Source of the DNA: a virus
Strand: one strand, 5' to 3'
DNA length: 64,000 nucleotides
IMG/VR virus record: IMGVR_UViG_3300047476_000779
Span: 6,263-70,262 of that record
The notes beneath the pieces were generated by a model that ran no database searches, was not told the DNA's origin, and was given only the letters and a program-made list of their open reading frames with translations. Shown here in pieces: positions 9,944-18,516 of the stretch (position 1 is the stretch's first letter; every line of letters starts with the position of its first letter). A program made the position numbers and the translations under genes.

Positions 9944-11487
9944 GAGCAAATGAGTTCCTACTTGAGTTTGAACTACCCAAGAATCGTTGGGAACTCATAG
10001 TGTCAAATGATGACAAACAAGAACTAGGCACTGACCTGGTTAGCCTCGTTCGTCAAGCATATTCTAGTACACCCCAAGGCAGTTTTGTTAACTCAATAAA
10101 AGATGTTATTCCTAGTGATTGGAATGTAATCGACTGGGATAAAGATCCTGATGTTGACAGTTGTGTGTTCTATCGTAAGAACAGGGGTAATGAAAATTGG
10201 CAAGGATACAAGATACAAGGTCTAGGTCATGACGGTACTAGAACAAGTAAAGACAAAGCACTAAATAAGATATCTAGTTTGTTACTTAGAGACGGTGTTT
10301 GGATTGAATCAAGCGATGCTATGCGTCATATTTTATTGAAACTTAATCTAGCACCTATAAAAGATGAACAATTCCTACAGCAATTATTCAATGACCCTAA
10401 TTTGAGAATGATTAGCAATGATACATATGTTCGTGTGTTAGCTGATGGAACTAAAGTAACTGAAACAGTATTTGGAAATCCTAAACTTATGAGAGCTAAT
10501 GAATTTGTAAAAGAAGAAGCTAAAGCAATCAAGACTAAAGGCTTAACCATGAAGTACGCATTCAACGACCGTGCGTTAATCATGAAAGCCTTCGAGCCTA
10601 GCACTAATAATCCATTAGCGTATGTTAAGTTCGTTAAAGAGAAGAAAGAATTGTATCCTCAGGATCTTTGGGTCAATGATGAGTATCGTAATAAAGGCAT
10701 CGCAAAGACAATGTACGATTCGTTAAAGAATGACGGATATGTTATCAATAGAAGTCATGACCAGACTAAAGCAGGCGCCGGCTTCTGGGATAAGCATCGT
10801 GGTGAAGATGCTTATGTTTGGGAACAGACAGAGATGATTGACGAGATGCCTCTTCCGGCTGATTGGGATCCTCAGCAAATGCGTCAAGGCGCAACTACAT
10901 TTAAATCAAGACTACAGTATGCGTTAGATAGAGCAAAGAAACTAGGCACTGGTTCTAGTCGTGTTGCTACTACAATTGAATATCAAGGTCGTCCTACTGT
11001 ATTGAAGATTGCTAAAAACCAAAAAGGTTTAGCACAAAATAGTGTAGAAGCTGATATTCTTAGCGATGGATACGCAAGTCAATTAGGTATTCTTATTCCA
11101 TTGATTGACTATGACGAACAGAATCGTGAACCAAGTTGGATTCACACCGAAATAGCACAGAAAGCAAATGAAAAACAATTATGTTCTTTGTTAAAATGTC
11201 CTAATCTAAGTTTCTTAGTTAACTTTGCTACTTCTATTACAGGTAAGAAAAGATTTTTAGGGTTACCCCAAGGTTACATTGATAAACTAAAAGAAAGTGG
11301 CATGAGTGACGAAGATGTTGAAACATGCACAGACTACGCCAACACATTAGCTGATTTGAATAGCAACTTTGATGTTGAGCTAGGTGATTTTTCTAGGGCC
11401 GCAAACTGGGGTTTGTACAATGGCAAGCCAGTAATAGTTGATGTTGGGTTCAACAGCAATGTTTTAAATCAGTATTATAAAAGATGA
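9940..11487 (+). CDS. CTS-bearing composite protein (duplicated CTS; GNAT-like and kinase-like segments)
   Basis: N-terminus MRANEFLLE. The motif recurs internally (KLMRANEFVKEE at ~aa 186). VNDEYRNKGIAKTMY is GNAT-like. The C-terminus has VLKIAK ... DFSRAANWG ... VDVGF, which is kinase-like. Confidence 0.5.
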   Translation: MRANEFLLEFELPKNRWELIVSNDDKQELGTDLVSLVRQAYSSTPQGSFVNSIKDVIPSDWNVIDWDKDPDVDSCVFYRKNRGNENWQGYKIQGLGHDGTRTSKDKALNKISSLLLRDGVWIESSDAMRHILLKLNLAPIKDEQFLQQLFNDPNLRMISNDTYVRVLADGTKVTETVFGNPKLMRANEFVKEEAKAIKTKGLTMKYAFNDRALIMKAFEPSTNNPLAYVKFVKEKKELYPQDLWVNDEYRNKGIAKTMYDSLKNDGYVINRSHDQTKAGAGFWDKHRGEDAYVWEQTEMIDEMPLPADWDPQQMRQGATTFKSRLQYALDRAKKLGTGSSRVATTIEYQGRPTVLKIAKNQKGLAQNSVEADILSDGYASQLGILIPLIDYDEQNREPSWIHTEIAQKANEKQLCSLLKCPNLSFLVNFATSITGKKRFLGLPQGYIDKLKESGMSDEDVETCTDYANTLADLNSNFDVELGDFSRAANWGLYNGKPVIVDVGFNSNVLNQYYKR

Positions 11488-12608
11488 GAGCCACAGAATT
11501 CATAACAGAACTCTTTAAGCCAGGTAAAGATTGGCAATGGGAGTTTCGCGGCAGTGAAGAAGCGTTCGCTAGTTTCAAAGTAGGTGATATTGAATATCTA
11601 TGGTCAGCTAGTGTACAAAATCAGAATGATCCTACTCAGTGGACATTAACATTTAGACAACGTGGTCAAGATGAGCAAGATAAAATGTTTGGTATGACAG
11701 GTACTGGTAATTCATCAGAAGTCATATCAACTGTAGTAGATATCACTAGAGAGTTTTTAAAACAATACGGTGATAAAGTATTAGAAATCAAGTTTTCATC
11801 AGCGGGTGATTCACGCACAAGTCTGTATGCTAAGATGGTAAAACGTTTATTGCCTGATTGGGACATGAGCAAAAGAGATGCAGGAGATGAATCTAGATTC
11901 CTGTTAATCAACCCAAGAGCGTATGAGTTAGGTGAAGATATGAGTCGCCGAGGCTTCTTGGGTGCGTTAGGTGGTATGGCAGCTGCCGCTGCCGGTGTTG
12001 ATGCCGAAGCAGGTACAAAGAAGCCCAAAATTAAATCACCTTCGCAACAAACTATTCAACAAGCTAAAAAACTTCAAGCTACTAAGGCAGCTAGTCCTAC
12101 TAAAGATCCTCAAGCAGAAGCAATGTTATATAGAACTGCCAAAGCTAGTGGAATGAAGGGTAGCGAGTTAGCACAGTTTCTAGCACAAACGAAACATGAA
12201 TCATGGGATCATAGTAGATTACAAGAGAAACCAGTGGGTGATCCTAACAAATATTTCACTAAGAAATATGATCCAACGTTAGCACCAAAGACTGCTAAGA
12301 TTCTTGGCAACAAACTTAGAGGCGACGGTGCCAAATATTATGGTAGAGGATTCATACAGTTGACGGGTAGAGATAACTATCAACGAGCTAGTGAAGCACT
12401 AGGATTAGACTTGATAAATCGTCCTGACTTAGCGAGTAAACCAGAGATAGCTGCCAAGATCGCAGTATGGTATTGGAACACTAGAGTTAAACCAAAAGTC
12501 CAAAATTTCGATGATACTGTGGCAGTGACAAAAACAATCAACAACGCAATGTTTGGTTTAGAAGACCGACTAGCAAATTTTATAGATTATAAAAAGAGAG
12601 TAGCATGA
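11484..12608 (+). CDS. CTS-bearing GH19 (chitinase-like) lysozyme-domain protein with internal Tat motif
   Basis: N-terminus MRATEFITE. The C-terminal domain has FLAQTKHES ... YYGRGFIQLTGRDNY ... AVWYWNT, the GH19 catalytic signature. Internal SRRGFLGALGGMAAAAAGVDA at aa 153 is preceded by an SD-like GGTGA. Confidence 0.75.
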   Translation: MRATEFITELFKPGKDWQWEFRGSEEAFASFKVGDIEYLWSASVQNQNDPTQWTLTFRQRGQDEQDKMFGMTGTGNSSEVISTVVDITREFLKQYGDKVLEIKFSSAGDSRTSLYAKMVKRLLPDWDMSKRDAGDESRFLLINPRAYELGEDMSRRGFLGALGGMAAAAAGVDAEAGTKKPKIKSPSQQTIQQAKKLQATKAASPTKDPQAEAMLYRTAKASGMKGSELAQFLAQTKHESWDHSRLQEKPVGDPNKYFTKKYDPTLAPKTAKILGNKLRGDGAKYYGRGFIQLTGRDNYQRASEALGLDLINRPDLASKPEIAAKIAVWYWNTRVKPKVQNFDDTVAVTKTINNAMFGLEDRLANFIDYKKRVA

Positions 12609-13042
12609 AAAAGATTATAACAACATTATTAGTAGCATTATCCGTTACAGCATACGCACAAAAGCAACCACAGGGTGTTACTTATGATGCGAACATATTG
12701 AAAGTAAATGACGGTGATACTGTAGTAATTGCGGCACCTTTCTTACCACAACCATTAAAACCACAACTAGCAGTTAGAATATTTGGTGTTGACACCCCTG
12801 AGAAAGGCTTTAGAGCTAAATGCCCTAGCGAGGACGCACGTGGACAGGCCGCGACAGAATTCACTAAGAAACTAGTAGGAGCAAGTCAAAAGCGTCAAGT
12901 CACACTATACGATTGGGACAAGTTCGGTGGCCGTGTTTTGGGTGACATTATCTTAGATGGTAAAAGTTTAAGACAGCAATTGATTGCTAACGGTTTCGCC
13001 CGTGAATACTTCGGTGAAGCAAAACAATCTTGGTGTAACTAA
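12605..13042 (+). CDS. secreted SNase/thermonuclease-like nuclease
   Basis: Sec signal peptide MKKIITTLLVALSVTAYAQ, followed by the SNase fold motifs VNDGDTVV ... RIFGVDTPE ... KFGGRVLGDI. Confidence 0.7.
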   Translation: MKKIITTLLVALSVTAYAQKQPQGVTYDANILKVNDGDTVVIAAPFLPQPLKPQLAVRIFGVDTPEKGFRAKCPSEDARGQAATEFTKKLVGASQKRQVTLYDWDKFGGRVLGDIILDGKSLRQQLIANGFAREYFGEAKQSWCN

Positions 13043-13078
13043 TTATACCTTACAACGGTCAGTTAATAAATAAACTTT

Positions 13079-13537
13079 ATGACAACCGACAAAGTAACTA
13101 AATTAGGTAATATCATTGGAGCAAACTCTAGTGATGTTACATTGAGCAAAATTAAAGATTTATTTGGTTTATCTCAATGTGAAGATAAACTTATTATACA
13201 GAAACCAAATGATGTTTCCACGCTAGCACAATCAGACCTTTCATCATATAACCCCGAAGCCAAGTATCTAGTAATGAGAATTCAAATTGATCTTACTAAT
13301 TGGGAGATTGGTCATTTCTCTAGCTATGACGATTATCAACACACTAATTGGAAAACAGGGGACGTTACAATATACGATTGGCAATCAACTAGTGTTTGTT
13401 CAGCCAATGCTAGTAACAACAACAGAGTCATGTATCAGTTAACTGGAGTAGTAACTGAAAAAACGAACGAATTTATCAACAGATTAAAAAGATTTGGTAG
13501 TCATCAGTTGGAGTTGACTGACAATTCTTGGTTCTGA
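13079..13537 (+). CDS. hypothetical protein
   Basis: 152-aa ORF with no recognisable motif. Confidence 0.5.
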   Translation: MTTDKVTKLGNIIGANSSDVTLSKIKDLFGLSQCEDKLIIQKPNDVSTLAQSDLSSYNPEAKYLVMRIQIDLTNWEIGHFSSYDDYQHTNWKTGDVTIYDWQSTSVCSANASNNNRVMYQLTGVVTEKTNEFINRLKRFGSHQLELTDNSWF

Positions 13538-13651
13538 ACCCACCTTAGGGCCCGTTGTCGTAACGGTTAGAGCGTAAGCTCAGGCGTCCGCGCAATTGAA
13601 CTGCACCGCGTAGTGTGCCCCGTATAAAGTAAGCGGGATGATAAATACATA

Positions 13652-14227
13652 ATGCGCTTCAAACAAATATTATCAGAATCAGCAACAAGTGAATTAGCAA
13701 ACAAATTGCCTTCGCTTGAAAAGCACGACTATAATACAATTGACCAGCTTATGCGTAAAATAGCAGGTAAGCATAAAATTACCGGAAAAGCATTACATGA
13801 CTTGTTTGTTAAAAAGTTTGGTGATACTCCTGATAGTTGGATTAAAAACAAACTAGACGAAGCGCCAGAAGATTCAGATTTACACAAAGAAGTAGAACAA
13901 TTTACGCAATGGGCTGCCAAAAAGTTAAATGTTAAAAAAATTCCTAAATTTGATTTAAGTACTGACACCCGTGATGCTCAAGACAATCATCATACCGGTA
14001 GTCATCAGATGGGCGGAGATACTGTTTGGGTGTATGTCAAGAACCGTAATTTAGTAGACATTCTACGAACCGTATTCCATGAATTAGTTCATGTACGTCA
14101 AGATGAATTGGGAATGATTGAACCGGGCGACAGTTATCCCGGTAGCCCAATCGAAGCAATGGCAGACATGTTAGCTGGAAAGTATATTAAAATATACGGT
14201 GAAGCTAACCATCACATCTTTCAATAA
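13652..14227 (+). CDS. CTS-bearing HExxH zinc-metalloprotease-like protein
   Basis: N-terminus MRFKQILSE. VFHELVHVRQDE contains the HExxH zincin motif. Confidence 0.5.
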   Translation: MRFKQILSESATSELANKLPSLEKHDYNTIDQLMRKIAGKHKITGKALHDLFVKKFGDTPDSWIKNKLDEAPEDSDLHKEVEQFTQWAAKKLNVKKIPKFDLSTDTRDAQDNHHTGSHQMGGDTVWVYVKNRNLVDILRTVFHELVHVRQDELGMIEPGDSYPGSPIEAMADMLAGKYIKIYGEANHHIFQ

Positions 14228-14253
14228 TAATTAATCTATGCTATACTGCGTAG

Positions 14254-14850
14254 ATGATTAAACTTCTAGTACCTTTACCCAAAAAACTTACTATCGCATG
14301 TAGCGGTGGTGTGGATAGTATGGCAGTTGTTGACTTTCTGAAAAGGAAGCATGATGTAACTCTTGCGTATTTTAATCACGGTACCAGTCATGGTGAACAC
14401 GCAATGGAGTTTGTTGCCGAGTATGCCAACGACAATGATATGACTGTTATGTTTGGGTACTGCCGCAGTGAAAAATCCAAAGAAGAATCACAAGAAGAAT
14501 ACTGGCGCAGAGAACGCTACGACTTCCTAAAAGGTTGTGGTCCCGTTATTACATGTCATCATTTGGATGATTGTGTGGAAACATTTATCTGGTCTAGTCT
14601 TCACGGCACACCCAAAGTCATCCCATTGACTCGCAACAACGTATTGCGTCCGTTCTTAACTACACGTAAGGACGAGTTTAAATCTTGGTGCTTGCGTCAC
14701 GAAGTACCCTGGATTGAAGACAGTTCCAATCAAGATACCAAATACATGCGTAACTATGTACGCAATGTGATGATGCCACAAGCATTACACGTTAACCCAG
14801 GTCTACACACTTTGGTAAAGAAAATCGTTGAAAGTAAGCAAAATAGTTGA
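14254..14850 (+). CDS. PP-loop ATP pyrophosphatase (TilS/MesJ-like catalytic domain; divergent QueC not excluded)
   Basis: CSGGVDSMAVV (SGGxDS PP-loop) and CHHLDDCVETF (TilS HLDDQAET motif). Only ~198 aa, so no TilS C-terminal domains. Confidence 0.6.
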   Translation: MIKLLVPLPKKLTIACSGGVDSMAVVDFLKRKHDVTLAYFNHGTSHGEHAMEFVAEYANDNDMTVMFGYCRSEKSKEESQEEYWRRERYDFLKGCGPVITCHHLDDCVETFIWSSLHGTPKVIPLTRNNVLRPFLTTRKDEFKSWCLRHEVPWIEDSSNQDTKYMRNYVRNVMMPQALHVNPGLHTLVKKIVESKQNS

Positions 14851-14875
14851 CTTTCTTACACAGACGATTTATACT
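14847..14875 (+). promoter_or_regulatory. sigma70-like promoter TTGACT-17-TATACT
   Basis: -35 at 14847-14852, 17-bp spacer, -10 at 14870-14875. Lies upstream of the ATG at 14903, which has an AAGGAG RBS. Confidence 0.55.
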
Positions 14876-14902
14876 AACTATATATCTATTTAAGGAGAAC
14901 CT

Positions 14903-15169
14903 ATGTCAGATTACAACCGCACATTCAATAACGAAGCTAAAATTAAATTAACTCAATTAGTCAATGAAGGTATGACAACATTACACGAGATTGACGCACT
15001 TAATGGTGGTCTAAACGATACCATTAAGGCTGTAGCAGAGGAATTAGAAATTAAGGCTTCTACACTAAAGAAAGCAATTAAGATTGCGCACAAAGCAAGT
15101 CTCGGTCAGACTAACAAAGACCATGATGAATTGAACACAATTCTAGAAACAGTAGGAAAAACCCTTTAA
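14903..15169 (+). CDS. hypothetical protein
   Basis: 88-aa ORF with RBS AAGGAGAA. Confidence 0.5.
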   Translation: MSDYNRTFNNEAKIKLTQLVNEGMTTLHEIDALNGGLNDTIKAVAEELEIKASTLKKAIKIAHKASLGQTNKDHDELNTILETVGKTL

Positions 15170-17877
15170 TGTCATATGTTGACGCAATACACAGTAGAGA
15201 TGAGGATCGCATTTTCGTTGTAGAACGTGATGCGAACGGTAAGCGCCAATATAAAGAATTCTCTACTAATTACGTATTCTACTATCCAGATGCGAAGGGT
15301 AAGCAACGTAGTATCTTTAACGAACCTGTAAGTCGTTTTAGTACACGTAAGCGTACAGAGTTCGAAAAAGAAAAGCGAATTCATAGTGGTAAAAAACTAT
15401 ATGAGAGTGACGTTAACGTAGTGTTCCGTTGCTTGAGTGAAAACTACTTAGGTGTTGAACCTCCTAAACTTCACACTTGCTTCTTTGACATTGAGGTAGA
15501 CTTTGATCCTGTTAAGGGCTTTAGTCCTACGTCAGATCCATTCAACCCTGTTACAGCTATCAGTTGTTATCTTGACTGGATGGATACTTGTTTCACATTA
15601 GTCATTGCTCCCAAGCACATGACCAAAGAAACAGCAAAAGAAATCATCGGTGAGTTTGAGAACACACTTCTTTTCGACAATGAAAAGGAAATGTTTGATG
15701 TATTCTTTCAACTAATCGAAGATGCTGACGTACTAACTGGTTGGAACTCAGAGGGCTATGACATACCCTACATGGTCAATCGTGTTACACGTGTAATGAG
15801 TAAGGATGATACTCGCAAGTTTTGCTTGATGGGTCAACTTCCTAAGCCAAGAGAGTACGAACGATTCGGTAAGACAGAAACAACATACGACTTGATTGGT
15901 CGTATTCACCTCGACTACTTGCAACTTTACAAAAAGTATAACTATGAATCTCGTCATAGTTACAAACTTGATGCTATCGGTGAGATGGAAGTCGGTGAGA
16001 ACAAAACTCAGTATGAAGGTACTCTTGACCAATTGTATAACAAAGACTTTAAAAAGTTTATTGAATACAACAGACAAGATACTATGTTGTTGGTCAAGAT
16101 CCACAACAAGTTGAAATTCCTTGATCTAGCGAATGCGCTAGCACACGAGAATACAGTGTTACTGCCCACTGTTATGGGTTCAGTTGCTATGATTGAAATG
16201 GCAATCATGAACGAAGCCCATGAAAGAGGCATGGTAGTTCCTGATAAAAAACGAAAGACTGATAATGATGATGAAATCCAACAAGCGGCAGGTGCCTATG
16301 TTGCTACTCCCAAAAGAGGCTTACACGAATGGGTCGGTGCGGTGGACATCAACTCACTCTACCCCTCAGCAATCAGAGCACTCAACATGGCACCGGAGAC
16401 CATTGTTGCTCAGGTCAGACAGACCCTCACAGACCAGTACATGAAAGAGAAGGGTGCTAAACTCGCCCGTGAAAAGAAGTACTATAAAGAAGGTGACGAT
16501 GATGTGACCGGCGCCATTCTATGGGAAGGTTTGTTTGGTGCGTTAGAGTACACAGCAATCATGAACCAAGAACGTGGCACTATCTTAACTGTTGACTATG
16601 AAGATGGTCGAAGTGTAGAAATGTCTGCGGCAGAAATCTGGAAATTAGTATTTGATAGTCACAAGCCATGGATGCTAAGTGCGAACGGTACAATCTTTAC
16701 GTATGAGAAAGAGGGTGTGATTCCCGGTCTACTCACACGTTGGTACAGTGAACGTAAGAGTATTCAGAAAGAAGCAAAAGCCGCGTATGGTACAGACATG
16801 TACGAATACTATGATAAGCGACAACTTGTTAGAAAGATTTTGCTTAACTCTGCGTATGGCGCACTATTGAATGAACACTGCCGTTTCTATGATAAGCGTA
16901 TTGGTCAATCGGTAACTCTATCAGGTCGTCAGATTGTCAAACATATGATGAGTGTTATTAACGAAACAGTTGAGGGTGTATATTCACACGAAGGAAACGC
17001 AATTGTTTATGGTGATACTGACTCATGCTATTTTACTGCCTACACAACACTTAAAAAGCAAATTGAAGATGGTGAGCTAGAATGGGATAAAGAAACTTGT
17101 ATTGGTTTATATGATGGAATCGCGGATCAAGCGAACCAATCATTCCCTGCATTCTTAGAACGTGCGTTCCATGCTCCTCGCAAGAATGGTGAGATTATCA
17201 AAGCTGGTCGTGAACTGATTGGTGATCGTAGTATCTTCATCACTAAAAAGCGTTATGCTATCAACATATTTGACAAAGAAGGTAAGCGTAAAGACAAAGA
17301 CGGGCAACTAGGTGATATCAAAGCTATGGGTCTTGACTTGAAACGTGCTGATACTCCTAAATACGTACAAGAGTTCTTAATGGACGTATTGGGTATGGTT
17401 CTTCAACATGGTAAACAGCGTGAAGATATCATTGAACGTGTGAAAGAGTTCAAGCGTGTCATGGTAGCACAAGACAGTTGGACTAAAGGGTCTCCTAAGT
17501 CAGTTAATAACTTGACTAAGCACACTATTGCGTTTGAAAAGACTGGTAAGTGTGGTGTTGGACATGCTAGAGCCGCAATCAATTGGAACTATCTACGTAG
17601 AATGAACAGTGACAACTATTCAATGCAGATCGTAGATGGTATGAAAATTGTAGTGTGTAAGTTGAAGCCTAACCCATTAGGATTCAATAGTATCGCATAC
17701 CCAGTAGATGAACTTAGGCTACCGCAGTGGTTCAAAGAATTACCATTCGATGATGCTGAAATGGAAAAGACATTAGTTGACGAAAAAATCGACAACTTAT
17801 TGGGTGTACTTGATTGGGATATCAAGAGCAACATTGATGTTAAATCTACATTTGACGATTTGTTCTCATTTGGTTAA
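15169..17877 (+). CDS. family B DNA polymerase (T4 gp43-like) with 3'-5' exonuclease domain
   Basis: Exo I FFDIEVDF. Pol motif A VDINSLYPSAI. Motif B KILLNSAYG. Motif C YGDTDSCYF. Confidence 0.95.
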   Translation: MSYVDAIHSRDEDRIFVVERDANGKRQYKEFSTNYVFYYPDAKGKQRSIFNEPVSRFSTRKRTEFEKEKRIHSGKKLYESDVNVVFRCLSENYLGVEPPKLHTCFFDIEVDFDPVKGFSPTSDPFNPVTAISCYLDWMDTCFTLVIAPKHMTKETAKEIIGEFENTLLFDNEKEMFDVFFQLIEDADVLTGWNSEGYDIPYMVNRVTRVMSKDDTRKFCLMGQLPKPREYERFGKTETTYDLIGRIHLDYLQLYKKYNYESRHSYKLDAIGEMEVGENKTQYEGTLDQLYNKDFKKFIEYNRQDTMLLVKIHNKLKFLDLANALAHENTVLLPTVMGSVAMIEMAIMNEAHERGMVVPDKKRKTDNDDEIQQAAGAYVATPKRGLHEWVGAVDINSLYPSAIRALNMAPETIVAQVRQTLTDQYMKEKGAKLAREKKYYKEGDDDVTGAILWEGLFGALEYTAIMNQERGTILTVDYEDGRSVEMSAAEIWKLVFDSHKPWMLSANGTIFTYEKEGVIPGLLTRWYSERKSIQKEAKAAYGTDMYEYYDKRQLVRKILLNSAYGALLNEHCRFYDKRIGQSVTLSGRQIVKHMMSVINETVEGVYSHEGNAIVYGDTDSCYFTAYTTLKKQIEDGELEWDKETCIGLYDGIADQANQSFPAFLERAFHAPRKNGEIIKAGRELIGDRSIFITKKRYAINIFDKEGKRKDKDGQLGDIKAMGLDLKRADTPKYVQEFLMDVLGMVLQHGKQREDIIERVKEFKRVMVAQDSWTKGSPKSVNNLTKHTIAFEKTGKCGVGHARAAINWNYLRRMNSDNYSMQIVDGMKIVVCKLKPNPLGFNSIAYPVDELRLPQWFKELPFDDAEMEKTLVDEKIDNLLGVLDWDIKSNIDVKSTFDDLFSFG

Positions 17878-17884
17878 ACTGGTG

Positions 17885-17913
17885 TTGACTTTCGCAATAA
17901 AACCCATCATAAT
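17885..17913 (+). promoter_or_regulatory. sigma70-like promoter TTGACT-17-CATAAT
   Basis: -35 at 17885-17890, -10 at 17908-17913. Upstream of the ATG at 17935. Confidence 0.5.
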
Positions 17914-17934
17914 ACACACTATAGATTCCTAAAT

Positions 17935-18501
17935 ATGATAAAGCAACAAACTTTTGTAAGAGAACACACAACTCCTATTAAATGGATTGTCAGGAAGAAT
18001 GCTATTCCTCTTGAATTGTGTAATCTTGCTATTGATTATGCCATAGGAAACGAGTCCGGCTTTCATCGTGTTAACAATAGAACACCCAAACATTGGGACA
18101 TTCGTTGTGACACATGTAGGGTATCATTGACTTCAGAGGTCAATACTGAATTATCCAAAGTAATTCTACCTATATGGGAGCAAGCTATCAGTTTCTATGG
18201 TATGGAAACAACACATATTGAAGAATACGAAATTAAACGATATAATATAGGAGACTATGTTACAGAGCACGTTGACCAGTTTTACGGCACAATGGGTAAC
18301 ACTGAACGTAAATTGACGATGCTCATTCAGTTGAACGACGGTTATGAAGGTGGTGACTTAATGGTTGCTAAAAATTCAATGCCCAAGCCAGCTGGAACAG
18401 TTATAGTGATACCTTCGTTTTATATACACGAAGTATTACCGATAACAAAAGGAGAACGCTGGTCACTAAACTGCTGGGCATGGGGCCCTCTATGGAAATA
18501 A
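17935..18501 (+). CDS. 2OG-Fe(II) oxygenase (P4H/PhyH-like)
   Basis: The HxD...H...R arrangement: EHVDQ ... FYIHEVLPITKGERWSL. Confidence 0.5.
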   Translation: MIKQQTFVREHTTPIKWIVRKNAIPLELCNLAIDYAIGNESGFHRVNNRTPKHWDIRCDTCRVSLTSEVNTELSKVILPIWEQAISFYGMETTHIEEYEIKRYNIGDYVTEHVDQFYGTMGNTERKLTMLIQLNDGYEGGDLMVAKNSMPKPAGTVIVIPSFYIHEVLPITKGERWSLNCWAWGPLWK

Positions 18502-18516
18502 CTACTAAGGAAAAAC

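Noticed and set aside
13538-13651. Possible tRNA gene in the GC-rich intergenic region
   Set aside because: No cloverleaf could be built: there is no GTTCRANYC T-loop, no 7-bp acceptor stem pairing and no plausible anticodon arm. Kept only as an unexplained structured element.
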